IMG/VR virus record: IMGVR_UViG_3300019888_000002
Location: 67,158-131,157 of that record
DNA: 64,000 nt
Reading direction: 5' to 3' (one strand)
DNA from: a virus
Shown: positions 44,944 through 54,600 of the stretch, piece by piece
Position numbering within the stretch: position 1 is the stretch's first letter
How the letters are laid out: each line of letters starts with the position of its first letter
Position numbers and translations under genes: made by a program
Notes under the pieces: model-generated
Seen by the model: the letters and a program-made list of their open reading frames with translations, nothing else
Told to the model about the DNA's origin: nothing
Databases searched by the model: none

Positions 44944-46214
44944 GAGACGCGCTCCTGCGTGTACTCCCGGATCACCGACAGCTCGGAGCGCTCGTTGAGA
45001 TGCCACGCCAGAAGCCAGGAATTCTCGTCACTACGACGAGCCTTGAGAACATCCATGACCATCGTCCGGTTGGCACGCATTTCCTTGGTCCGGCGCAACG
45101 ACAGAGCCAGGTCGACGGTGCGCTCGATATCCGCACTGTTGGCGATCTGCCACGCCCCGAGCGCTTCCCCCTTGGCCGAGGCTGCGGCGGCCGTACGGTT
45201 GAACTGGACGGCCATGAGGCAGGACAGCTTACTGGTACTGCCCCGGTCGATCTCGTCCTTCAGGTCGAAGATGATCTCGGCGTGCTTCTCGGTGGTGTCC
45301 ATGCGGTACCGGGTGGGCTTGGGGTCCATGTGTGAGAGCTGATCGATGATCAGATAATCGCCGCCGAGTTGTCGGCAGCGACCCACCAGGTCGACCACGG
45401 TGCGCTCACCCCGCTCCGGTTTCTCCACATAGATCGGACCCAACTCACCGAGGTCCCGCTGAGCCGCCCTGTGCCGGTCGTATTCGGAGACGGAAAGCTG
45501 GCCCCGGGTGAACCGGCCGTACCCCACTCCGGAAGCGAAACAGTCGATCCGGTCCTCGAACTCCCCGATGGCCTGCTCCAGAGTGAAGATCACCGGAGTG
45601 AACCCGGCCTGGCGAGCCTTGAGCGCGGCATTGGTCAGGCTGAAACTCTTCCCCACTCCGGTGTAGGCCGCGACGATGCCCAGCTCCCCGGGCAACAACC
45701 CCCCGGTGTGCGAGTCGACCTCATCGAAACCCAGAGTCATGCCCCGGTCGAGCGCGCCGGACGCGAGACGCTGTTCGTAGCGGCGCTGCCGGTCGATCAC
45801 GGTGGACGCCATGTCGGACCGATTATGCCGGGGTGAAACCGCCTCCTTGGCCTCCCAGGACCTCGAGTGCAGCTGATTGAGCGCACCGATCGGGTTGTCC
45901 TTGAGTGCCTCGGCCACCCCGATCAACATCTCCTGCGCGTTGTTGCGCACGTACCTCTTCTGAAGCTCCTCGACCAACCAGGTCAGAGCCTCCTCACCGG
46001 ACTCGACCCGGTAGCCGGGGAACTCGGCGACCAGCACGGTCTCCGGTGGAACCTGTTCCATCTCGTTGCGATGCCAGTAGGCAGTGATGAACTCGAACAC
46101 CTGCTGATTCATCGGGTCCTCGAAAACCTGGGCTCGCAGCCCCATGTCCCAGACCCGAGACATGTTCTCGACGGTCGACAGGTGAGCCAACAAGGACTTC
46201 TCGAAAGATGCCAT
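44940..46214 (-). CDS. dnaB: DnaB-like replicative helicase
   Basis: GLLPGELGIVAAYTGVGKS, FTLEQ, IIDQL, AVQFNR, IANSADIERTVD, LKARR. Confidence 0.92.
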   Translation of the reverse strand: MASFEKSLLAHLSTVENMSRVWDMGLRAQVFEDPMNQQVFEFITAYWHRNEMEQVPPETVLVAEFPGYRVESGEEALTWLVEELQKRYVRNNAQEMLIGVAEALKDNPIGALNQLHSRSWEAKEAVSPRHNRSDMASTVIDRQRRYEQRLASGALDRGMTLGFDEVDSHTGGLLPGELGIVAAYTGVGKSFSLTNAALKARQAGFTPVIFTLEQAIGEFEDRIDCFASGVGYGRFTRGQLSVSEYDRHRAAQRDLGELGPIYVEKPERGERTVVDLVGRCRQLGGDYLIIDQLSHMDPKPTRYRMDTTEKHAEIIFDLKDEIDRGSTSKLSCLMAVQFNRTAAAASAKGEALGAWQIANSADIERTVDLALSLRRTKEMRANRTMVMDVLKARRSDENSWLLAWHLNERSELSVIREYTQERVS

Positions 46215-46231
46215 GTGGGGGTTTTATCCTT

Positions 46232-47026
46232 TCAGAAGATCGGGCGCACAAGCCCTTTCCTCAGCTCCACCAGAAGCCTCTCTGTGGACTGAGGACGGAA
46301 GTCCGACCCCAGCATCTCGTACCGAAGCGAGCGTTCCCACAGCAACGACAGGATGGCCCCACCGTAGCCGTTGCTCAGCTCCTTGATCGTCATGTTCGTG
46401 GTGAGGAAGGTGACCTTGCCGTCCTGCACCCGTCGCCGCAGCACGTCATCGAAGGTGGTCTCCGACAGATTGATCTTGGTTTTCATATCCCGGCCGAGGT
46501 CGTCCAACAAGAGCACATCGGTCCCGATGATCTTGGTCTGGAAGTACCGCTGCTCCTCGGGCTCCCGCCATCCGGCCGTGAACATCTCGACCATGTGCGC
46601 AAAAGTCGTGGAATAACAGTTGTAGCCGAGCTTGATCAGGTCTTTGAGCAGCAAGGTGATCGAGAACGTCTTCCCCACCCCGTAGTCACCGTAGAGGACC
46701 AACCCGAGCCCCCTGTCGACGTAGTTCATGTGGTTCCTGAGGTAGTCGTCCATCCAGAGCCGGACCTCCGGGTCCCCCTCGAAATCATCCCAACTGAGCT
46801 GCTGGTAGGTGACCCCGATCCCGGCCGCGAGATAGTGCTTGTGCAGCTGAAGCTGAAGCTGACAGTCACACTTCTGCATGAGGCCATCCCAGAAATATGT
46901 GCGCTCGGTGTGGCAGGTGGGGCAGTACTCCCTGAAATCGGGTTTCAGCTTGGGATGCTGCCGGTAGAGCCTTTCGGCTTCTCGATCGGAAAGAAAGTGG
47001 TAACGGAGCTGTTCGGCCTCATCCAT
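46232..47026 (-). CDS. DnaC/IstB-like AAA+ helicase loader
   Basis: GLVLYGDYGVGKT, LLLDDLG, RRR......FLTTN. Confidence 0.85.
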   Translation of the reverse strand: MDEAEQLRYHFLSDREAERLYRQHPKLKPDFREYCPTCHTERTYFWDGLMQKCDCQLQLQLHKHYLAAGIGVTYQQLSWDDFEGDPEVRLWMDDYLRNHMNYVDRGLGLVLYGDYGVGKTFSITLLLKDLIKLGYNCYSTTFAHMVEMFTAGWREPEEQRYFQTKIIGTDVLLLDDLGRDMKTKINLSETTFDDVLRRRVQDGKVTFLTTNMTIKELSNGYGGAILSLLWERSLRYEMLGSDFRPQSTERLLVELRKGLVRPIF

Positions 47027-47447
47027 GGAGGAACTCGCTCAGGGAGACGAAGCCACGCATCGCCTCCTGTTCGGTCTTGACCTGGGCTCGGTCGGTGTTG
47101 ACATAGTCCTGGACCTCGGAATAGAGCTGATCCGTCCACCACTTACGTTCCTTCTGGAACGAGAAGAACCCGATCGGTTTCCCGTCGTGTCGGCCCTCAT
47201 ACCGGAAGATCACCCACTTGAGGATCTGCCCGGCACCCTTCTGGCCGTACACCTTCTGAAGCTGAGTCATCACGGCACGTTCCCGGTGTCCGGCCCCGTC
47301 CACCCGAAGGTCGATATCGAGAACCTGATGCATGGCTTCCTTGAGATAGGACACCAGCCCCAGGGGGGTCACCTGCTCCACCCGCTGACCGATAATCTGT
47401 TCTGCCGCATCGAGTTCGGTAAAACTCACCGTCGAATCTCCTTGCAT
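47019..47447 (-). CDS. Hypothetical protein (possible replication initiation partner)
   Basis: Directly upstream of the loader; AACCCCC before ATG. Confidence 0.55.
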   Translation of the reverse strand: MQGDSTVSFTELDAAEQIIGQRVEQVTPLGLVSYLKEAMHQVLDIDLRVDGAGHRERAVMTQLQKVYGQKGAGQILKWVIFRYEGRHDGKPIGFFSFQKERKWWTDQLYSEVQDYVNTDRAQVKTEQEAMRGFVSLSEFLHG

Positions 47448-47609
47448 GGGGGTTGGTTCGGGACCACCGACCTCTGCCGGTGGCCCCTTCGTCCGAGCAT
47501 AGGACTGATCTTGAAGATATTGGGGGATCTACGTGCGTGGCAGGTGCTTCCCGAGCCGGTCTTGCACCAGGCGAGAGGGGCTCGGCCGAGACACCCTCCC
47601 TGTCTCATA

Positions 47610-47939
47610 TCACCGGGAACCGGCGTCCTTACGGGCGGCGTCGATCCGGTCGCACTCGGAGAGAATGCGCCCGAAACCGTCGATCACTTGCACTCTGGGT
47701 AACCAACCCCGAGCATCGGCCACCAAGAGAAGGTCTCGAAGCCCCTCCAGTGTGTAGCGGGGGTAACCATAGGTGTTCTCCGGAGAACGGGGCTCGATCG
47801 GGGTACCGTCCGGCCGGACCAGATCACTCTGCTGGTGCCGTCGCCGGAGCCATTCCCGGGAAACCCCGATCAGCCCGGCCGCTTCCCTGGTCGAGTAAGA
47901 CAACTCGCTCGGCAGGGAAAGCAACACGGACCGGAGCAC
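47610..47939 (-). CDS. MerR/excisionase-like HTH protein
   Basis: YSTREAAGLIGVSREWLRRR...YPRYTLEGL. Confidence 0.7.
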   Translation of the reverse strand: MLRSVLLSLPSELSYSTREAAGLIGVSREWLRRRHQQSDLVRPDGTPIEPRSPENTYGYPRYTLEGLRDLLLVADARGWLPRVQVIDGFGRILSECDRIDAARKDAGSR

Positions 47940-47942
47940 GGG

Positions 47943-48656
47943 TCAACCTTTCTTCTTGGTGTCGTCCTCGGGGTCGTAGTCCCGGGGCACGAACCTCGGT
48001 GTCTTGGGCTTACCCGGCACGATGGCCTTCTTGAGCAGTTCCATCTTGGAGGGGTCCTCCTGGATCAGCCGCATCAACTTCTCCTCGGAGAACACGGTCT
48101 CGGTGTGCGCAGGAACAACCACCTCGGGAACGTCCACTACATCGAATACCCGGTTTGCCTCCGGCCCAAGCAGACGAACCAGTTCCTCGATGTTGAGCTG
48201 CGGGTCGGGCTGACCGGCACCCTCACGCTTGAACACTCGACGCATCTCGGGAATCTTGAGAGCACCGTTCTCACCGGGGCCGACGGTCTTGTCGAGATGA
48301 GCGAAAACCAGAGTCTTGATCGCCTCCCGGCGAGTGTCGAGGAACTCGGTGATGTCACGCATCCGGTCGTGCTCGGCCATCAGGGAAACAGCCTCGGAAT
48401 GCTCCAGCTCCCGGGGGTCGGTCGTCTCGATCGTGACGATCTTGTCCACGTACTCGGTCATCATGGTCTCGACCTTGGTCAAGGTCTCCAGGTCGAGCGA
48501 GGCGACAGCCGTGGCCCATTCCTTCTTGCGAGCGGCAACGGTCCTACGCCGAGTGGCGTCGACCGACGCAGTAGCCACCTCGTTGATCGTGCTCTGAAGC
48601 TGAGAGGCGTACTGAGCCTCGAGATTAGCGAGGAAGGACGTGACCAGATCGGTCAT
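47943..48656 (-). CDS. Hypothetical helical protein
   Basis: AAAGGAACCTCCGTC before ATG; first gene after a promoter. Confidence 0.7.
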   Translation of the reverse strand: MTDLVTSFLANLEAQYASQLQSTINEVATASVDATRRRTVAARKKEWATAVASLDLETLTKVETMMTEYVDKIVTIETTDPRELEHSEAVSLMAEHDRMRDITEFLDTRREAIKTLVFAHLDKTVGPGENGALKIPEMRRVFKREGAGQPDPQLNIEELVRLLGPEANRVFDVVDVPEVVVPAHTETVFSEEKLMRLIQEDPSKMELLKKAIVPGKPKTPRFVPRDYDPEDDTKKKG

Positions 48657-48704
48657 GACGGAGGTTCCTTTCGGGGTGTGGGGGTTCGGTCTTGCGATTT
48701 CCCC

Positions 48705-48734
48705 ACTGTACCAGATCTGAGCCAGAATTGTCTA
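48705..48734 (-). promoter_or_regulatory. SigA-like promoter
   Basis: TAGACA-N18-TACAGT with TGG extension. Confidence 0.65.
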
Positions 48735-48968
48735 GACCACACAAATATGCGAGTCGACCAGGGCCTGAGCGTCCCGACCGGAAAGTGTTGCCCCCGTATA
48801 GATCACCTCATGACACCGGAGACATTCAAGATCGGGAGAGATCTCTCCGACTTCGCCCCCGACTTCGGCCGAGGGTTCCTCATATTCTTCGGGGGTACAG
48901 GCCGGACAGGTGTGTCTGTGCAAAGAGAAATGTACTTCCTGGCCGAACACGACCACGTCCACTTGCAT
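48732..48968 (-). CDS. Small Cys-containing protein
   Basis: GAGGAGAG RBS; CPAC...CLRC. Confidence 0.5.
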   Translation of the reverse strand: MQVDVVVFGQEVHFSLHRHTCPACTPEEYEEPSAEVGGEVGEISPDLECLRCHEVIYTGATLSGRDAQALVDSHICVV

Positions 48969-48978
48969 CTGACTCTCC

Positions 48979-49371
48979 TCAGTTTGCGTCCACAGCGGCC
49001 TCGGCAAGATGCTGAAGCTCGATCTGCTTCATCCGCACAGCATCGGCGAAGACCTTCATCTCGAGATTGGTCAGCCCCTCCGACATCTGGACTCCATGCA
49101 CCCAATGCATCGAGATCAGAAGAAGAAGCTGACCGTAGTACTGCATCTCGATCCAACCGAACTCGGTTTCGACCATGGGCAGACCCAACCGAATCGCCTC
49201 GACCGGCTGAAGTTGCCTGCCATGCACGGCCTGCGCCTCCTCCATCATCTTGTCGGCCGTCTCGCACCAGAAGACCATCACCTTGATGAAGGATTTCCCG
49301 ATGTCTCCCTGTTCCTCCAGCATCCGCTGCTGTGTACTCCACGAAACATCGTCCAGAACCTGCACTGACAT
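48979..49371 (-). CDS. Hypothetical protein
   Basis: GAGGGAGAGG RBS. Confidence 0.65.
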   Translation of the reverse strand: MSVQVLDDVSWSTQQRMLEEQGDIGKSFIKVMVFWCETADKMMEEAQAVHGRQLQPVEAIRLGLPMVETEFGWIEMQYYGQLLLLISMHWVHGVQMSEGLTNLEMKVFADAVRMKQIELQHLAEAAVDAN

Positions 49372-49378
49372 CCTCTCC

Positions 49379-49437
49379 CTCTACCAGAACTGTACCCACT
49401 ACTCTGAGACTAACATCGGTTCGAGCAGGGGAGTTGG
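49379..49437. promoter_or_regulatory. Divergent promoter region with heptad pair
   Basis: ctctacc(49379)-agaa-ctgtacc(49390); minus-strand TACAGT; lies between divergent genes. Confidence 0.5.
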
Positions 49438-51309
49438 ATGTACCGCATTCACGAGTGGGACGACATATCGACTCGGGTGATGGCCGGGGAACGTATCGTC
49501 GTCATCGAGGAATCCCCTGAATACCCAGGTCATCTCACCTTTCAGGTGATGGATCAGGAGAGCTTCGTCCGCACATACTCCGAGTACCTCTCCCGGTACT
49601 CGTTGCTCTCGGAACTGTTCACCCTCTCGGCCTTCGTCACCAAACTCGAGACCGACGGCTGGGAACCGGTCTTCCTGACCTCGGCCGCCGATCTCATTCT
49701 GGAATACGAGCATTACTCCCAGCCCCTGATCATCGACAACCTGAAATTGCCCCACGGTTTGTTCGGGTTCCAGCAGTATTCGCTCAACCGTGCTCTGGAA
49801 CGTGCCGTCGACCAGAAGGGGAAGGTGTCGGGCTTCTTCTTCAACTGGTCTCCGGGCTCCGGCAAGGGTTCGGTGGCGGCCGCCGGAGCACAAGAACTAT
49901 GGAACAGAGGTGAGATCGATCTGGTGTTGTTCTTCACCCTGCGCCGAATGAAGATCAACATGGCCCGGCGGATGGAAGACCTGACCGAACTACGGGCCGA
50001 AATTGCGGAAGGGACCGCACTGCGCCGGAGAAAGCGTTACGCGGCGGCCGAGGCCCAGTGCTATGTCCTGAACTACGAGAAAGCGCACTTCGATCTGGAA
50101 CCCCTCTCCGACCTGATCAGAGGCACACGAGTGCTGTTCGTCCTCGATGAAGTGCAGAAGGTGCTCTTCGATGAGAACGGCTCCCCGACCCGAGCCCGAG
50201 CCGGGCTCCAGAAGCTGATGCGTGAGTCGAAGAAGTCGATCGTCTGGCCCATGTCCGGCTCGGTGGTCAAGCATTCCCCCGTGCGCTATCACGATGTGTT
50301 CCGAGTGCAGGAGATGCGCGGCCGGAATCCGTTGGGCTCCAAGGAAGACTTCATCGAGAACTATTCCTTCTCCCACGAAACGGTGCCGACCTTCGGCAAC
50401 GACTTCGAACTGGTGATCCGTTGGAATCAGGCGAAACTGGCCGAGGTTCCTCATCAGGTTTCGGCGCTCACTCAGTCGGTGCGCAAAACCAGTCCCGGGG
50501 TCCGGGAGTTCTTCAAGGACATGACCACCGAGGTGATTCCAGTACAGATGTCGGTCGAGGACCGCACACTCTACGACGTGATCACCGACGATGCTCGCGG
50601 TGACCGGGAACGGATGTCGCAGTACTACCAACTGCTGCGCTACGTCTGCAATACCCCCGAGTCACTGCGAAGATCGGCCTCGGAGCTGGCCCCGATCTAT
50701 CTCGAGCGCTATCCCCAACTGATCACCTCACGCAACTGCGCCAAGCTCGACACCACGTGTGAGTTGCTGGACAACAACATCGCGGCCGGGGACAAAACGG
50801 TGGTGTTCTCACATCACACTCATCTGAGCTTGTTTCTCATTGCCGACGAGCTGACCCGTCGAGGGATCACCTATGTACTGCACTACGGAACGGGGCAGAC
50901 CGACAAGCAGGGCCAACAAGCTCAGGACGACTTCATGACCGACGACTCCATCTCGGTGTTCCTGAGTTCGGATGCCGGAGCCTACGGACTCAACCTGCAA
51001 GCCGCGCGGTACGTGATCAACTACGACATTCCTTACGATCCGGACACCTTGACCCAGCGGAACGACCGGATCGATCGTGCAGACTCTCACCTGACCGGGC
51101 TGACGAGCTATGTGCTGATGACCGAAGACACACTCGAGGAACGCATCTGGTCGATTCAGGAGAAACGACGAGCGCTGTCGGCCACGGTGCAAGGGACGGT
51201 GGAAAATCTGAGCCGGATGGACGCACAAACCTACCGAGAAATGTCGGAGGCTCAAGCGATACCGGAGCTGATGTTCGGGGGCACACGGTCATCTCTGATG
51301 GCTCGGTAG
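49438..51309 (+). CDS. SNF2-family (SF2) helicase / translocase
   Basis: L..FQ, WSPGSGKGS, NYE, VLDEVQ, MSGS, SSDAGAYGLNLQAARYVINYDIPYDP..QRNDRIDR. Confidence 0.88.
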   Translation: MYRIHEWDDISTRVMAGERIVVIEESPEYPGHLTFQVMDQESFVRTYSEYLSRYSLLSELFTLSAFVTKLETDGWEPVFLTSAADLILEYEHYSQPLIIDNLKLPHGLFGFQQYSLNRALERAVDQKGKVSGFFFNWSPGSGKGSVAAAGAQELWNRGEIDLVLFFTLRRMKINMARRMEDLTELRAEIAEGTALRRRKRYAAAEAQCYVLNYEKAHFDLEPLSDLIRGTRVLFVLDEVQKVLFDENGSPTRARAGLQKLMRESKKSIVWPMSGSVVKHSPVRYHDVFRVQEMRGRNPLGSKEDFIENYSFSHETVPTFGNDFELVIRWNQAKLAEVPHQVSALTQSVRKTSPGVREFFKDMTTEVIPVQMSVEDRTLYDVITDDARGDRERMSQYYQLLRYVCNTPESLRRSASELAPIYLERYPQLITSRNCAKLDTTCELLDNNIAAGDKTVVFSHHTHLSLFLIADELTRRGITYVLHYGTGQTDKQGQQAQDDFMTDDSISVFLSSDAGAYGLNLQAARYVINYDIPYDPDTLTQRNDRIDRADSHLTGLTSYVLMTEDTLEERIWSIQEKRRALSATVQGTVENLSRMDAQTYREMSEAQAIPELMFGGTRSSLMAR

Positions 51310-51314
51310 TTATA

Positions 51315-51345
51315 CGTCCTGCCGACTTATATGTCGGTCGGGACG
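51315..51345. terminator. Hairpin between convergent genes (probable terminator)
   Basis: cgtcct-gccgac ttatat gtcggt-c-gggacg; no strong U-tract. Confidence 0.45.
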
Positions 51346-51398
51346 ACTCTCCCCTTGCTGTATCACCGATCGTCATCAATTTGTTACAAAAAGAAACA

Positions 51399-51650
51399 TC
51401 ACCCTACGGCGCAGGCTTTCTCGATCCTCTTGATCTCGTCCAGGTTCGGCCCCGACCACAAACGTGACTCTCCGTGGTCCTCCACCCGGACCAGGGGGAA
51501 CGCCCGCAACCCTGCGGCGACTGCTTCCTGGAACACCTCGGGATGATCGGCGATCTGTTCGGTGGAATACCTGATCCCCTTCTTCTCGAAGCGGCCCATC
51601 ACCGTGTGGCACGCAACGCATCCTGGCTTGGTGTAGACAACAACTTTCAC
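51399..51650 (-). CDS. nrdH: NrdH-like glutaredoxin
   Basis: VVVYTKPGCVAC...G.RAFPLV...WSG. Confidence 0.9.
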   Translation of the reverse strand: MKVVVYTKPGCVACHTVMGRFEKKGIRYSTEQIADHPEVFQEAVAAGLRAFPLVRVEDHGESRLWSGPNLDEIKRIEKACAVG

Positions 51651-51686
51651 GACGAAATTCTCTCTTCCGATCGGACGGGCTACGAC

Positions 51687-54600
51687 CTACTGCCGATAGT
51701 CCGGAGTTGTTCTCATGCCGTACGCATATCCTTCGTTCGACAGGATGACGGCCTGAATCAATCCCTGGGTGACAGGTTGCTGGGCCACCACATAAGCACT
51801 GTTCCGATACCTTAACTCCGTCACTTCTTGGATGGGCTGAGAACCGTCACCGAGTCTCACGTAGTAGCGGATATGGGATAACTCCGAATACACGTCCGAG
51901 AGGTAAAGCTCGTCTTCCTGGTCCCCCGTGAGGACCAGCTCGAGATTGAAATCCATCGCCGTATCTGCGGTGGTGTTGGCCGTGGGAAGAGTCGCTGTCG
52001 TCCCTGCGCCTCCGGTGGCGGTGTAGGTCGTCACGGCTCCCAGGGTGGCGGTGAGCTTGTTCTCCGCACCCGCCGCCGTCCCGCGATAGAGCTTGTAGCC
52101 CGTTGCCCCCGGTACCGCCGTCCAGTTGAGAACCTGTGTGCCGTTGAGGACAAGGGTGGCCGAAACCTCGTTCGACCCCAACGTCTCGCCGTTGGCGTTG
52201 ATGGCCGTGAGCTTCCAGTAATACGTTCCCGCCGCAAAGGTTCCACCCGAGGTATTGGTCGCACCCTTCGTGAGGACTGGAGCAGCCAGAGAGGGATTGA
52301 CCGGGACCTCGATCAGATCGGTGGTGAAGTCCACCCAGCGCCCGGCCGGGGCATCCACGGGAGTCTGATAGATAACCAGGTTGTCGCTGCGCCGAACCAA
52401 CCGGATCAGCAGAATGTTGTTGTTGGCGAACGGTTTGTAGAACACACAGCCGAGTCGGAACAGACCTCCAGGGATGTAATGGGTCTGCTGCCGCAGCCGG
52501 ATACCGGCCTCTCCAGCCCCGGCAACCCGGTTGAAACGCAGAACACGACGGCCCTGGTATCGACGGTCACCGTCGAGGTTGACCGCGACCACCCCACGTG
52601 AGGCCCCCCACGAGATCACGGCGTCGGTCCAGTCCACAAAGGAGTCCAGCCATGCAGAACCGGAAAGGTTGGCCGGAATGATCGAGGCTGCCGGGGTGAG
52701 CTGGTCACTGGAGCTACTGGCCCACAGTGCATCCGACCGGATCAAACCCGAGTCCTGGAACTCGGAGAACAGCTTGGTGAAGTTGCTGCCGGTCTGAAAG
52801 GTAAACGAAGCCACACCCTGGGTACCGGTGCCGTCCCAGGTGATCACCCCGGTGGGCATCTGGGCGATGCCGGTATAGGTCCACTGGTCGGCGGAGTACA
52901 GCGGAAAATCGTAGACCTCACGGTCCTGGCCGAAGATGTAACTGGAGACGAACGGAATCACCTCGCGAACACCCGCGAAATACGCGATGGCGGCATCCCG
53001 ACGAAGCGTCCTGATCTCGTACCGATGCACCGCTGTGGTGGTGAAGCGCAACCGGGTCTCGAGCGTGAGCCTGCGTTCGGTGACGGTGGAGGTGGAGGTG
53101 AGCCGTTCCATCACCGATGCCGGAATCCGCAGCTGTTGACCGGGGAAAATCCAATAATTGGTGCCTCGCACCGGAATTGCTCCAGCACTGCCCCTGGTCT
53201 CGATGGCTCCGGGGTTGGCGGCGTAGATCTCCTGCCAGGGGATCGACGTATAGGGCTCCAGCTTGAACAGGCCGTCACTCTTGATCGTGGTGTAGTTCTG
53301 ATCCTGAGCGAGGATGAACGGGTTCAGCACCTCACGCCGGTAGATCTGGTTGCTGCTCAGCTCGATCTCGGTGGTCTTGCTCAGGTTCGGGTCGTTGCTG
53401 TGCGGCACCGTGGTGGTGGTATATCCCACCCCCGTGTTGATCTGCACCGGATCGTAGGAAGTACTGATCACCCGGCCGAGAGCGTCGAGAATGGAACCGA
53501 GCGAGTTGACGGAACGAACCCCGTTGAGCGAGACCCCCGCACCTCCGACCTCGGAACCGGTGAACAGCCGTGGCCCGAGAGTGGCGACCTGCTGCACACT
53601 GATGGGGAACACCTTGTAGGACACGTCGATCCCGGACTCGTAGATCGGGTACGGCTCCTCGGTGAGATTGGTGAACTCCATCTTCAAATACTTGGCGGTA
53701 ACCATCTGCGGGAAGAACATCATGCCCTTCTCGGACACGTAGTTCTTCCAGATCGGGGTCCAGGTCTTCTCCGAATATTCGGAATGGTCGACCCCGCCGA
53801 CACCGAAACGCTGCTGAGTCCAGTCGGCGGAATAGACAGCGTTGTCCAGCGAACTGGAGGGGATGTTGCCGAGCGCGTCCGGCAACTGAGGGTCCGGGTT
53901 GACATAGACGATCGGGTTGACCATGAAATTCTCGAGGCTGCCCTCGTACGCCTCACCGAACTTGATGACCTGTGCCGTCATCAGACCCCGGAACCCGTAC
54001 ATCTCCACCAGCCCGTCGAAAGAGACGAGCGTGGGGAGGGCCGAGGTGGGGGAAATGACGGAGGCGATGATCTCGTTCCGACGGTTGCGGACCTGAAGAA
54101 TGATCCTCGAGGGGTTGTAGGCCCAGCCGATGACGATCCGCAGAGGCTCGTCGGCGAGGAAGGTCTGCGTGATGCCAGCGGAGAAGGTGACCGGTGAGAA
54201 TCCACTACGGAGGAAGGACAGCACGAACTGTCCGGCCCCGGGGTCATAGGTCAGTTCGGGATGATAGGCCACCTGCTGATCCGGTGGGGTGCACCGCAGC
54301 AGGACCGGCAGGACCGAGGGTCCGTTGGTGGCGGGGAAGTCCGGGGTCCATTCGAACCCGGCCCACGCAGGGATGCGGTCCTGCGGTCCCCAGTAGGCAC
54401 GGAAGGCATAACGCGAAGCCAGGGTGGCTCTGGTGTCCCACCGACCTCGGCCGGAGCGCCAGTCGGTGTTGATGTCCACCTCCGGCTGCAAGGAGATGGG
54501 GCTCAGCTTGCGTGTGCCCACGGTGTCGTCGCTGGTGTAGTAGAGGTTCAGGTGCTGACCGGTGTGCACGGGGTCGACATAGAGCCGGTCGATGGTCTGT

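Noticed and set aside
37172-46214. Inteins or introns in RecA, DnaE, primase or DnaB
   Set aside because: Protein lengths and motif spacing are normal; no C...HN splice-junction pairs or LAGLIDADG blocks seen
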